In this document: positions 10,001 through 20,906 of the stretch, in pieces
Layout of the letters: every line of letters begins with the position of its first letter
Numbering within the stretch: position 1 is the stretch's first letter
From: Oikopleura dioica
Lineage: Eukaryota; Animalia; Chordata
DNA length: 64,000 bases
NCBI GenBank assembly: GCA_907165135.1
Contig: OU015568.1
Location: 6,944,001-7,008,000 of the forward strand
Reading direction: 5' to 3'
Program-made: the position numbers and the translations under genes
The notes under the pieces: generated by a model
What the model saw: the letters and a program-made list of their open reading frames with translations, nothing else
What the model was told of the DNA's origin: nothing
The model's database searches: none

Positions 10001-13000
10001 ACTTATTGTTCCTTACAACTTTTTGCAACTTCCAAGTGCTTCATCCCTTCTGCCCTGATCGTCATCCTCAGCTTGGGCTCGACAACCTGTTCAGGAAACC
10101 TGAGTGAGCTTAAATGAAAAGCCGCGTAGCGGCTTTTAAAAACGAAGCCGCAAAGCGGCTTCGCAATTTACCCTTCAAAATGATTTTTAAATTTAAAAAG
10201 CGGCTTCGTTTTTCAAAAGGCGCTACGCGGCTTTTAATTAGAGATCTTTCAGACCCTGACTCAGGTTTTCTACACAGGTTGCCGAGCCCAGTTATCAGCT
10301 GGGTTTCGTTTTGGATCTCCATCGACGCTGTGCCAGCAAGAGTCAGGTAAAAAGCTAGAAGGAACTATTTGATTTAACCCGGATTTTTAGTCTGGGGATA
10401 ACAACGGTCTTAACAATCACGAGCCAACGTGCATCAATTTCATCGTCGCTCCCAAAAGGCAACGGGATCTCAATCAGCGCAGCGCCGGCTTTCCGGGGCT
10501 TTTCTCTGGCTAGCATAGGTTAACATTGAGCATTATTGCCGGATCAAGCTAAAAACGTGGTTGAGCCTCGCTCCGGAAGCCGCAGTTTTCCTTGGCGAGC
10601 ATTCTTTAAATTTCTTTCACAATTCAATCAAAAACCTCTCCGTATCAATTCAAAATGAGAGATAAGGGATAGAAAAATATATTTTGCATAAAAACTAGTA
10701 ATAACACGGCTCCACAACCTGTGCAGAAAACGTGAGTTGAGCTTTAATAAAAAGCCGCGTAGCGGCTTTTACAAAAACGAAGCCGCTATGCGGCTTCGCC
10801 AAAATTACCATTCTATTCTGGCGAAGCCGTTTTGCAGCTTTGTTTTTGCAAAAGCCGCTACGCGGCTCTTTATTGAAGCTCTTTAAACTCTGACTCAGGT
10901 TTCTACACAGGTTGCCGAGCCCAATTTTCTACCTTTTTGACCAATAATAAAGCGGTTTAGTAAGCTAGCAGTAGTACTAGAAGAACAAATACAAGTAAAA
11001 ACAAATATAACACGGGGAAGAAAGAGACGTAGCTCAATTTATGCAAAAGTATTTTGGAACATTTATTATGACGTTAGCCGGAGTGATGTAGACAAGTTCG
11101 GATTTTTGTATTTTCTAAATCGGGACGGATGAGGGTGATTCAATTTATTTTACCTCAGCCAAAGTCCAGCCTAAAAGATTGTTGTGACTTGACGTGGCTC
11201 CGTCCCAGAGCCGCTTATAGAATAAAAAAAAACGCAGAAAAAATCATGTTCAGTCTAAAAAGCCCAGATGGCTATCAGAAGTTAATTTTATCACGGTTCA
11301 ATTTAGACGCCAGCAGAGGGCAATTTAAAATTCGCGAATCAGATAAAATTAAAAAGAACTTTCTCATGGTTAATTTGAAAGTTCTTCTAAAATAGATTAC
11401 AGAAGAAAAATCTATCTAACTTGCGAAAAATGAGCAAGAAAGACGTATTTAATTTAACCCAGCGCGTCAAACGGTACCATTTTCGGCTGAACCCGGCTTT
11501 ACAGTAATTCCCCGTTCAGTCAAATGATCAGCCTAAACGGAGGAAAGCGGCTCTTTTTAACCAAAATAGAGCAGGATGAAAACGTAGTGTTTATTTTTCA
11601 AAAAATAATCGCCCTCATCATTGGGTCAGACAATTGACATGATCCCTGAAAAAGTCTCGTACATTAAAGCGCTGGATATTTGGATGGTCATTTGTATTGG
11701 TAATATAATGGACTGCTAAGCATCTTGCTTATCCAATCTTGTAGCGTATGTATTCGCCGCTGTGCTAGAATACGCCTGCGCGAACTTCATTTCTCGGCAA
11801 CATAAGGGGATTCTTGAGGTAAGCCGCTCACCGTATTTCCTACGTAAAACGCCGCCCAAGTCAATTCACCAGTAAAGTCATTATTAGTATGAAAACGTGC
11901 ACAGTTAAGTACTAGCAGTAGTCATTCTAAAATTCCAGAAATGACGGAAATTTTCTTGCAAGATGGCAAAAAGATGGTTTTGTCAGGCGAGGAGATTCGG
12001 AGCTGAGCGCGCGCTCAGTGACAAATCCTGCGTCAGAATTGACCAGATTTGGCAAACCCCATCGACTTCTAAGACTGCCCATACAGCGCTTGTTTTGGCA
12101 ACCTTGAACGAATTCGATCAGCTTTGTAACAACAAAAAAGTTTCCTCAAAATGGCTCTTCTTTGAAATTTTTACTTCCAGAGCGCCTCTTTTAGACTAAT
12201 TTGGGCTAGCCAACCTGTGTAGAAAACCTGAGTCAGGATTTGAAAGTTCTTTAAAGAAAAGCCGCGTAGCGGCTTTTGTAAAAACGAAGCCGCGAAGCGG
12301 CTTCGCCAGCATAACTATTTTTTATTGAAGCTCTTTCAAATCCTGACTCAGGTTTTCTACACAGGTTGTCGAGCCCCCGTTTGGGGAAGATAGGGTTACC
12401 AAGGGAGAAACTTGTAAATCAGCGTACAAAATTGAATTTGATGAGAAACGGAGGGAAAGCCTGAAGGCGCGATTTCCTACCCCCTTGACCCAAACGGACG
12501 AGCTGATATGCGTCCTTTGATTTGGAGATACGTTCGAACCTCGGCGTCAGTCTACGATAAAGCGACATTCTCGCATGTGACCTCTTCCTGCTTCAGATTA
12601 GAAATGTCCCCTGCCAATCAATTGCGCGCCCGATTTCTTATCTTGAATACATTTTCATCTTTCTATTTTTCTTCTTTCTGTTTTTGGATGATCTTTTGAC
12701 AGAAGCGTTAACCATTTTTTCGACAGCTGACATGTTAAAAAGCGAGGAGACTCAGATGCGATTAGAATACGCGAAGTGCCATCGAAGGGTGTAATTTCGC
12801 TCAGCAGGAGACTAAATGGAATCCGCCAGATCGCAATCGCCTGGCACTTTAGATCGATCGCGGTTGAGCCAGGCTTCCTGAAAAATGCACCGAAACAAGG
12901 CCCTTTTTCCGTCTGAAAATCGGAAATTGCGTTTTCCGAAATTCCGGCTGCTAGAATTCGTAATAAAGTCATTGTTTGAATAATATTTTGGCATAAAAAT

Positions 13001-15274
13001 TTGCCAAATTATCTTTCCTGATTATTATTTTTAGCAAATTCATCGGAAAAGAGTGGAATGGGCGCTGTTCGGCACCGCTGGAGCAACTTTAACCGAGCAG
13101 AGTCTGAGCTACTGCGAGCCGAGCTCGATCAGCCTAAGCCACGGGGTCGCTACTACATAATACTTTGTACTAATCACCGCGGCGAAATAATTTTAAAAAT
13201 AGCAAAATAGCAAAGCGACGAATCTCTCGCGACCCGTCACCAAAGCAAGAAGACGAAATCCTTCACGAACATGATTACGGGTACGCGCTAACTAAGAACA
13301 CAAATACCAACATCGACCCAGTCTAAATTCTTAACTGTAATTTTAACTGGTCAGCTAAACTGAAAACCTGTGTAGAAACCCTGAGTCAGGGTCCGAAAGA
13401 TCATTTTGGCGAAGCGGCTTTGAGGCTTCGTTCTTAAAAAAGCCGCTATGCGGCTTTTCATTGATGATCTTTCAGACCCTGCCTAAGGTTTTTACACAGG
13501 TTTCTAGCCTCAGGTTATAAGCGAATATAAGCGGTATGTTTTCCAGGGAAAAAACATGCGAGAACACGTTTTCGAGCCCTTCGAATTCAGCTTGCTTTCA
13601 GAATTTCCTGTAACGGATGCAAAGCCGCTGACCAAGTTTCACACATTCTTCTCTTCTGATCCTAGGAAGGTCAACCGCGGGACACATTTCTTTTCGCCCG
13701 GTACAAGTCACCTGCTGACCCAAAGGAGCGCTAAAAATGAGCAGATTCCGGAACCGCCAATGTACGAAAATGGACAAGAAAATCATGGTAGAAGCATTTT
13801 TTAGACTGCCAAATTTTCAATGCTGGATCTTTTCAGACGATGATCAAACAATTATCAAGAGAGAGTTAAGGGGGTAGACATCGATAACGTCGATTTTCGG
13901 GGAGAATTTTTCTCTAAAAGAGTGGATTCTGAGCTCAGCAACTTCTGTCGAAAACCTGAGTCAGGCTCTGAAGTATCTAAAATGAAAAGCCGCGAAGCGG
14001 CTTTTTCAGAAACGAAGCCGCAAAGCGGCTTCGCCATTGGACTACTCGAGTCTATTATATAATTCTAACGAAGCCGCTGCGCGGCTTCAAATTTGAAAAA
14101 AGCCGCTACGCGGCTTTTCATTTTAGATACTTCGGAACCTGACTCAGGTTTTCTACACAGGTTCGCGAGCCCGACAAACAGTTAATTCCTTTAAAATCAT
14201 CCTCAAAATGTCTGGTTTACTAAAACTAGTGATTCTAATTAAATAAAACATATCTCCAACTCTTGGGTCCGTTCCTGCGTGAAAGTAAGTATTTGTGTTT
14301 GCTATTCGCTTAAAGCGAATTAGCTAAAATCTGCGCTTAGTTCTAAACACGATGCGAGGGTTTAGATATCAAACGTTTGTGTAACCAGTTTTAGCGCTCT
14401 CGCCCGCGATGAAATTCACCAACGCCGTAAAACACAACATCAAAAATAAACTCAAACATCAAACTACAAAGGCCTCACGTAAGATACTCGCTACATCTAA
14501 ACAAAAATACCGTTTGCGGTTTTTGGAAGTTTCAACTTTTTTGCAGTTTTGGATCTGGAAGCGCTAGAAGGAGCGGAGTACTATCGCAAATTGGCGGAGT
14601 GGCTGGACCGCGCTTCTCGGGTGCTCTTCCCGGTAAACCCTTTTGCCCTAAACTTCCCTAAGACTGAAATCCAGGAGATAATCCCTCTTTACTCCAAACA
14701 ACCTAAAGCAGGGTCGTGTCCCCTCACTCTTTATTCGATATAAACGTAGTTTAGAAGCAAAACTTATTGTCAAAAACAAAGATAAAAAAAGCGTAAAACA
14801 AATCTTGACGTGCATCAACCTGGTGAAAAAAAAACTGACTCAGGGCCTGAAAGATAGTTAGTGAAAAGCCGCGTAGCGACTTTTTCAGAAACAAAGCCGC
14901 GAAGCGGCTTTGCGAGTATTTTGAGATTTTATGAAAAAGGTAATTTAGCGAAGCCGCTTCGCGGCTTCGTTTTTAAAAAAGCCGCTACGCGGCTTTTCAT
15001 TAGCAATCTTTCAGGCGTTTTTTTTTTTGATTTTAAAATAACAGTTTTATATTTTTAGCTGAGTTTTGGAACTCTTTCAGGCAAGATTTTTAAATTTTCA
15101 AGGCTTTGAAAGTTTGATAAGAAAGATGAAAATCTTGCGCAAGCTTTTTACTGGGTATACTACCTGGTGATAGTGAACGAGCTTCGGGATGCAACTGCTC
15201 CGGGAGGGAGCGAGGCTGGGCTCTTGAGATTCCGGCCTGGTGAGCACCGCCGCGGTTTGCTCATTTTGGGCTAA
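7034..15274 (+). CDS. GLRA-like: Glycine receptor alpha-like Cys-loop ligand-gated chloride channel (multi-exon; signal-peptide exon and M3-M4 loop exons not fully resolved)
   Basis: Spliced exons give [119 protein letters not shown]1 [18 protein letters not shown]2 [15 protein letters not shown] (anion-selective PAR motif), M3 [19 protein letters not shown]4 [16 protein letters not shown]. Confidence 0.92.
7535..7735. mobile_element. Palindromic MITE copy A (GlyR intron)
   Basis: CCTGAGTCAG...CTGACTCAG arms with internal AAAGCCGC-GTA-GCGGCTT hairpins. Confidence 0.75.
9173..9407. mobile_element. Palindromic MITE copy B, occupying nearly an entire GlyR intron
   Basis: TGGGCTCGCCAACCTG...CAGGTTGCTGAACTCT; sits between codons for ..SATL-A and A-CHM.. 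Confidence 0.85.
10074..10290. mobile_element. Palindromic MITE copy C, occupying nearly an entire GlyR intron within M1
   Basis: TIR TGGGCTCGACAACCTGT...ACAGGTTGCCGAGCCCA; splits ..IVILS / WVSFW.. Confidence 0.88.
10706..10923. mobile_element. Palindromic MITE copy D
   Basis: ..GGCTCCACAACCTGTG...CTACACAGGTTGCCGAGCCCA with the same internal hairpins. Confidence 0.85.
12202..12377. mobile_element. Palindromic MITE copy E (internally deleted)
   Basis: TGGGCTAGCCAACCTGTGTAGAAAACCTGAGTCAGG...CCTGACTCAGGTTTTCTACACAGGTTGTCGAGCCC. Confidence 0.88.
13372..13510. mobile_element. Palindromic MITE copy F (short, degenerate)
   Basis: AACCTGTGTAGAAACCCTGAGTCAGGG...TTTTACACAGGTT. Confidence 0.75.
13930..14173. 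mobile_element. Palindromic MITE copy G
   Basis: AAAACCTGAGTCAGG...CCTGACTCAGGTTTTCTACACAGGTTCGCGAGCCC. Confidence 0.85.
14812..15020. mobile_element. Palindromic MITE copy H (degenerate right end)
   Basis: Internal AAAAGCCGC-GTA-GCG and GAAGCCGC-TTC-GCGGCTTC hairpins; partial TIR. Confidence 0.7.
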
Positions 15275-15552
15275 GCCGCGGCGCTTTACTTCGGACTCAT
15301 TATTCAAGTTCATATTTCCTCACCTTATCAGATCCTAACGGACTTGTCCCTTGACGCGGGAAGATAAAGAGCCCTCTTGAAAGTTCGTCAAGTACGACCA
15401 GCAAACTGACGATACACGATTTACGGATCCAGTTCTCGAACGAGTTGGAGCTATTCGATAAGAAGAAGGATGCTTTGAAAAGTATTTTTTATTCAGTGCC
15501 AAATCAGTAATAAATCTCTATATTTTCTTATCACATCGAATTGGTTGCGAAT

Positions 15553-16273
15553 TTATCCAAAAAGGCCTCCACCAGATGAATGTCCACCACCAAAAGAAAA
15601 TGGTTTTGGAGTTGATTGGTTGCTACCAAACGTAGAACTTCCAAACCCATAACTGTTTGAGGCTGTTGTTGAATTACTTCCAAACAGGCTACCACCGTTG
15701 TTCGAAGCAGCTGGACTTGAAGGTCCAAAAAATCCTCTAGGCGCCGGTTGATTTTGACGTTGGCTCGAAGATCCAAAAAGTCCACCTCCAGAATTCGGTT
15801 TATTTTGATTGGCATTGACTCTAAAATTAAGTTAAAATAATCTATCGAAAAAGTAATGCTTACATCTCGATTTTGCAGATTTCCAAAATTTCGTTTTCTT
15901 GCTTTCTTCTGAGCTCAATCCACTTTCGAACATCCTCTGCAATCGCCGCTTTTTTCTGCTGTTTGAATTTTCCATGTTCACTTGCATAATCTGAGCAGCG
16001 TTGTTTGATCTTCTTTTCGATTTTTGTTATTTGTTCAAGAGACTCCACGATTTTCTTGCAAGACTCAGCTTGGTTCTTGTGGGCGGAATTCATTTCATCG
16101 CGACTTTCTTTCAGGTCAACGTCCATAAGATTTTCTATTTTCTCGCGCACTCCCAAGATCTCAGCCTCTCCTTTCTCTTTCGCGATTTGCTCAAGTCTCG
16201 ATGTTGCATCTTTGATCGTTAGCTTGCTTTCTTCAATAAGCTTTGATAAACGCTCTTCTTCTGAGTCTGACAT
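15553..16273 (-). CDS. Orphan coiled-coil protein with C-terminal FG/GLFG-repeat tail (paralogue 1)
   Basis: Exon 1 (16273-15864) MSDSEEERLSKLIEESK...EILEICKIE, then a 43-nt GT-AG intron (15863-15821, phase 2). Exon 2 reads in frame VNANQNKPNSGGGLFGSSS..GFFGP..SLFGS..YGFGSSTFGS..PFSFGGGHSSGGGLFG*. Confidence 0.75.
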
Positions 16274-16453
16274 GGTCTCTAACCCGAAGGAAAATGCAAG
16301 CGTCTCTCGAGTAGTATTTGCAAATTTGAATTCGCGTCTTACAAGATAAAATCAGTAAACAAAAACGGAGTCATTCAATGATATTTATTCTGAAAAATCT
16401 ATCGAAAGAAACTCATTTCAAGCCAAATAGATAGTCCTCGATTCTGAGCTCTT

Positions 16454-16966
16454 CTAAGGATTTTCGTGCACATGTTCCATTCTTGAGTAACACATATTGA
16501 AGGCATCAACTGATTTGCCGCGATCATCGCTTTGTTGCGTGACGATTTTTTCGAATTTTTTGATAGTCCCGAATTCAAGCGATCCGAATATATCAATCAA
16601 AGTCTTATCTTCTTGTTTTCTCGTTTCAATCCAGTTGAGTGTGGCTTCTTGCAGAGATTTCTTCGTATTTTCAACAAAATTATCATCATCTTGGAGGCAG
16701 TATCTTTCAAATAACTCTTTTCTCTTGTCCAAATGTTCGATAATTTCGGCTAGAGTTTCTATATATTTTTGATGCGCGATGATCATCTTCTCAGAATTTT
16801 TCTTAAACGCATTCGCCATTAAATCGTCGGTGGTTTCTTTCAGATTTCTAATGCGAGCTTCATCTTTCTCTGTTTGAATTTCTTCGAGTCTTGCGATAGC
16901 ATTACGGATTTCTTGAGAGCTATTTTTGATGGTTTTATACAAGCAATCTTCTTCTGAGTCTGTCAT
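16454..16966 (-). CDS. Orphan coiled-coil protein (paralogue 2)
   Basis: 170-aa ORF MTDSEEDCLYKTIKNSS..WIETRKQED, clearly similar to paralogues 1 and 3. Confidence 0.75.
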   Translation of the reverse strand: MTDSEEDCLYKTIKNSSQEIRNAIARLEEIQTEKDEARIRNLKETTDDLMANAFKKNSEKMIIAHQKYIETLAEIIEHLDKRKELFERYCLQDDDNFVENTKKSLQEATLNWIETRKQEDKTLIDIFGSLEFGTIKKFEKIVTQQSDDRGKSVDAFNMCYSRMEHVHENP

Positions 16967-17182
16967 ATTGCGCTCACTGTGATTTATTCTGAGATTTTCT
17001 TTGAAAGAAAATGATATTTGCTTTAGAATGCCGTCATTTTTTGGCTAGATTTCACGAATCTGTGCGATATGAACGTTTCTTACGCTCAAATATTTTCGAT
17101 CTTCAATGAAAACACGTTTAGGCCAAAATGGCATTTTGCTATATTCAATTTATTTCTATTAAATGCTGAGACTCACTGTGCA

Positions 17183-17383
17183 ATGGTTCAGGGAGATTTG
17201 GCTCCACCAAACAAAGTTCTTGATTTGACAGACGAAGAACTGCTCTTAGCAAACATATTAGTGCCAGATGAGCCAAAGGCTGATGCTCCAAAAGAAAAGC
17301 CACCAGATTTTGTAGAAAAACTTGGCGATTCACTCTCCGAATTTTTCTCAGGGCTTCTTGATGCTGTTATTTTGGGACGATGA
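17183..17383 (+). CDS. Small hypothetical protein (start uncertain)
   Basis: Protein-like acidic/Pro-rich stretch ending in an amphipathic helix (FVEKLGDSLSEFFSGLLDAVILGR); no family recognised. Confidence 0.3.
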   Translation: MVQGDLAPPNKVLDLTDEELLLANILVPDEPKADAPKEKPPDFVEKLGDSLSEFFSGLLDAVILGR

Positions 17384-17441
17384 GAGTTGAAGACATTGAA
17401 ACTAGAACGAGATATTTATAATATCGATATTAATAAAAGTC

Positions 17442-17854
17442 TTACTGCTGAAGGCCACAGATTTTTAGAACGGCGTTCTCGTGTTCTTTCCTCGTCTCTA
17501 GCCATTTTTGTACATCTTTTCTAAAGCTTCCTTTTTCTCTCTCTTGAAATCTTCGTGCTCACTTTTGTAATCGGGGATTCGTTGTCTTATTTTCCACTCA
17601 ATTTTACTGATCTCTTCCAGATTCTTGACTATTTTTGCGTAGATTTCTTCTTGTTTCATATTTCCTGCTTCCAATTCTTCGTTAGATTGTTCAAGTTCGA
17701 AGCCAACAAGATCTTCTACTTTCTGCCGCAACTCCTTTATTTCCGCTTCTCCTTTCTCTTTCGCGATTCGATCAAGCTTTGAAGACGCATCCTTGATTGC
17801 AAGTTTACTTTCTTCAATGATTTTTGTCAAACGCTGTTCCTCCGAATCGGACAT
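17442..17854 (-). pseudogene. Orphan coiled-coil paralogue 3 with a 1-nt frameshift near 17518 (pseudogene or assembly error)
   Basis: MSDSEEQRLTKIIEESK... stops at KMYKNG*, but the shifted frame continues DVQKWLETRKEHENAVLKIC, matching paralogue 1 DVRKWIELRRKQENEILEIC. Confidence 0.65.
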
Positions 17855-18532
17855 TTTCGAATAACATCGAAGTGGCAATCCGTTCTATTTGAACGTTTCT
17901 AATGTTCAAATATTCGATTTTCGATCTTCCATGAAAATACTCTAACCACCAAAATGGCGTTAAGATAAGCGCTAAAAGATTAAACAAGCACTAATGCTGT
18001 AATTTGAGCTTTTTGTCAGCTTCTTAGAATTTCAACGCAAGGCCTCTTTCTTCAAAAAGGCCTCCTTCAAAAACTCGTTCGAATCAAAGAATGAATTCTT
18101 CCGGGAATTCATTGGTAACCTTTGGCGAAACGGTCCTGACAAGAACTCTTGAGCCCGTCAAGGCAGGGACATATAAGTCTTCCGCGATTGGAACTCGAAG
18201 CCAGAGCGGGTAAATCAGAGATAATGCAGATAGGCTTAATTCTAGTAGCGACTGTTGTTGTTGGTAACTTGGCATTTTTGTTCGAAGAGATAAGGCTGAA
18301 AACTTGCCAAGAAACAGCTGAAGATTACAAAGGAAAATGCTCTAACAGAGAATAATTAACTTGAACTTTTCGGTCATTTTAGTTATGTTATGATTCTGAG
18401 GACCGAAGGGTTTCTGGATGTCCTTGAAAATTGACTGAACTTTGACCGGTACTTATTTTTGATAAGCACTCATTCTCTTAAAGAGCACCTCAAGGACAAC
18501 TGGAAGCATCATTTTTCGGCATCTGTGGCGGT

Positions 18533-19672
18533 TTGTTATCGTTCGAGACGATCAACCTGAGCCGCGGTAATGAGACGTCCACTAGATTGCGAGTTCCAGT
18601 TGAAATGAGCGATCTCGAGTACCTGAGCCTACGCTGGAGTGGAAAAAACTCCAATCTATGCCTCACCGATCTCATTATCACAGGACAAGTGGCTCACACG
18701 GATTTCGCGAGCACTAGACTCCTTATCGTGCCTTATCGCGGCAGAGAACTTCGCGTTTCTCATTGCGATTCAAAAGTATTAGTACAAAATTACTGATTAG
18801 ATTACTGAGCAGTTTTAATTGATCCGAAAAAAGAGTCCGTTGAGAGCAAGAACTTTCAAAATTCAACTGCTGGAAAGCTTTCCTCGTGATAGCGCTGGAA
18901 ACAGTTACGGGGTCGCCGACAGAATTATTAATCCAGTTCTGAAGAAACATAACGGTGACCCTTATAGAAAGACGTGCATGGTTCTCGCGTGCATGTGGCA
19001 ACAAACTTGATCGCTCTAAAAGCAAACGGGTATGCGCTAATCCTCAGTTAAACGCCAACCACTTTCTAAATCTATGTAATCCGCGGAATTGAAAATGCTT
19101 CAAAAGAGTACTATTAGTACTAGTAGTAATTAAATTATATTATTACTGCGCTGGCTTTTTAACTGTTCTAAACTTGGTTCACTATCTTATCATTTTTCTC
19201 TCGTACAGGAGCTGTTTGATGAGACTTGCGCTGCCGAAGGACGGAAGTTTCACTTTATCCGACTCAAGCTCGACTTCTGCCAAAGTAGCCTCTCAAGTCG
19301 AGCGCGCCTTCCGTGGTGGATGTCCTACGAGGTATTTTCCCAACACTGTCTCCTCTATTTCTACACCACCCGATTCAGGAGGGAATACCGAGGAACATGA
19401 CAAAATCATACTGGAGCAATGTCGCCACGAGATGGAATTCGAACGCGGACAGTAATGTCTGGATAAAACTCCTGGGAACGACGGACATTCAGTCGCAATT
19501 TACAGGCGTCAATACTGTCCGATTCGATTGGGGAGAAAATATATGCCTGGAAAATGTCGAAATCAATTCTGCACCCTTATATCCGCCTTACCCAACCTGG
19601 TTCCATGGAAAATCTATTTTCGAAGTCGGAAAGGTCAATTGTGTCGCGCCTTCCATCAATAAACGTAATTAA
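18533..19672 (+). CDS. Hypothetical protein(s) with two PLAT/LH2-like beta-sandwich segments; boundaries unresolved
   Basis: LSRGNETSTRLRV..LEYLSLRWSGKNSNLCLTDLII resembles FERG..SNVWIKLL..VNTVRFDWGENICLENVEI; both resemble the second half of a PLAT domain. Weak recognition. Confidence 0.3.
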
Positions 19673-20906
19673 ACCCAATCATCCGAGATTGCCTGAATCT
19701 TGTTTTTTAGAGAAGAAAAATCGGAAAAAGGCGAAAAAAGAAAGGAAGAAGTCAAAATTGGCGACGATTGAATGGATGGAAAAGCACACGAACGCACACG
19801 GAGACGATGGGGGATGTCCGGTGCCGGCGATTCTTGAAAGCAGAGGAGTCGTTTTTACGCGCGCTAAAAATAACTTGGATGCTTCTAATGGGGCCTTCTC
19901 TCCAGGAACGCGACTGCTTCTCAGGTTCATTTTTTCATTTTTCAGAAAGAAAATTTTAATAACGATTCAGCTGTGAAAACGGCATGGAAACGCGCCCTAG
20001 AAAACGCTTAAAATGCAAGTGCAAAACGAACTCGGGGTAAGTTAATTCAGTAATTTTTACCAACCGGCTTTCCGCGGCTCGTAATTTATTTCTATTGCCA
20101 GACATTCCAAACTTGAGCGTCAGACTCTCAGACTCTCATTTCCCAAAAAAAGTTTAAACTGATTCAACATTGTTAGATGTCGTTGGAGTAAACTGGCGAA
20201 GATAAGCTGCGACGCTGTTCCTGGAAATTTCAATCTGTAGATTAGTAAATGAAATGAAATGTTATGCTGAAGTGGAAATGTGTGTTTGATGTTCGTTTGT
20301 GTAATCTGAACGTGAGGGGCCAAATAGACAGCTATTTGCAGCGAGCATTTATAGATTACGATTTTTTGCGTGCATGACTAGAATGACTAGAATCTGCAAT
20401 TTTAAAGAGTCAAAAAGTTTTTTGAATATATTTTGAATATGGGGCTTCGAATTCGATTCACTCTTCTGGAGCTTCTTCGGCCCATGCCTGGCCAAATTCG
20501 CCTTGGCCACCAGTCAAGCCCTCTGTTTTCTCTTCTGGCCGTTCGACTTGTTTGAAATGCTCAGGAACTGAAAATAGGGACACTCTTTTTCTCAAAAAAC
20601 TTACGCTTGTGTCTCTGTCCAGAGCCTCGAACATTCACTACGTTTTGCGCTTCGGTTTTCGGCATGACTTTTTGTTGCTCTTGAACAGTCTATTTATCAA
20701 AAGCTATGAGAAGCTAGAAACAATTCCTAATGTTATAAAGAGAGCAGCGAATTTCATATCTCTTTAATGAGAAAAATTGAAGGAGAATACCACTTTTGAT
20801 ACTTGTATAAATATTGACCAAGTGATATCATCATGGTCATGCGCTTTGGAATCAACGAGGAGAATAAGTTTTCGATGCTGACTGTACATTTTATTTATAT
20901 TGACAA

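Noticed and set aside
10696-14183. TSDs around MITE copies D, E and G
   Set aside because: Flanking 10-mers show no convincing match, so the 10-bp TSD idea rests only on copies B and C.
15531-15815. ORF-track protein MPIKINRILEVDF...
   Set aside because: Wrong frame; the phase-compatible frame after the intron is the FG-repeat exon.
17069-17182. N-terminal part of the 104-aa ORF as a signal peptide
   Set aside because: This stretch is a duplicated non-coding upstream block shared with ~17890-17960.
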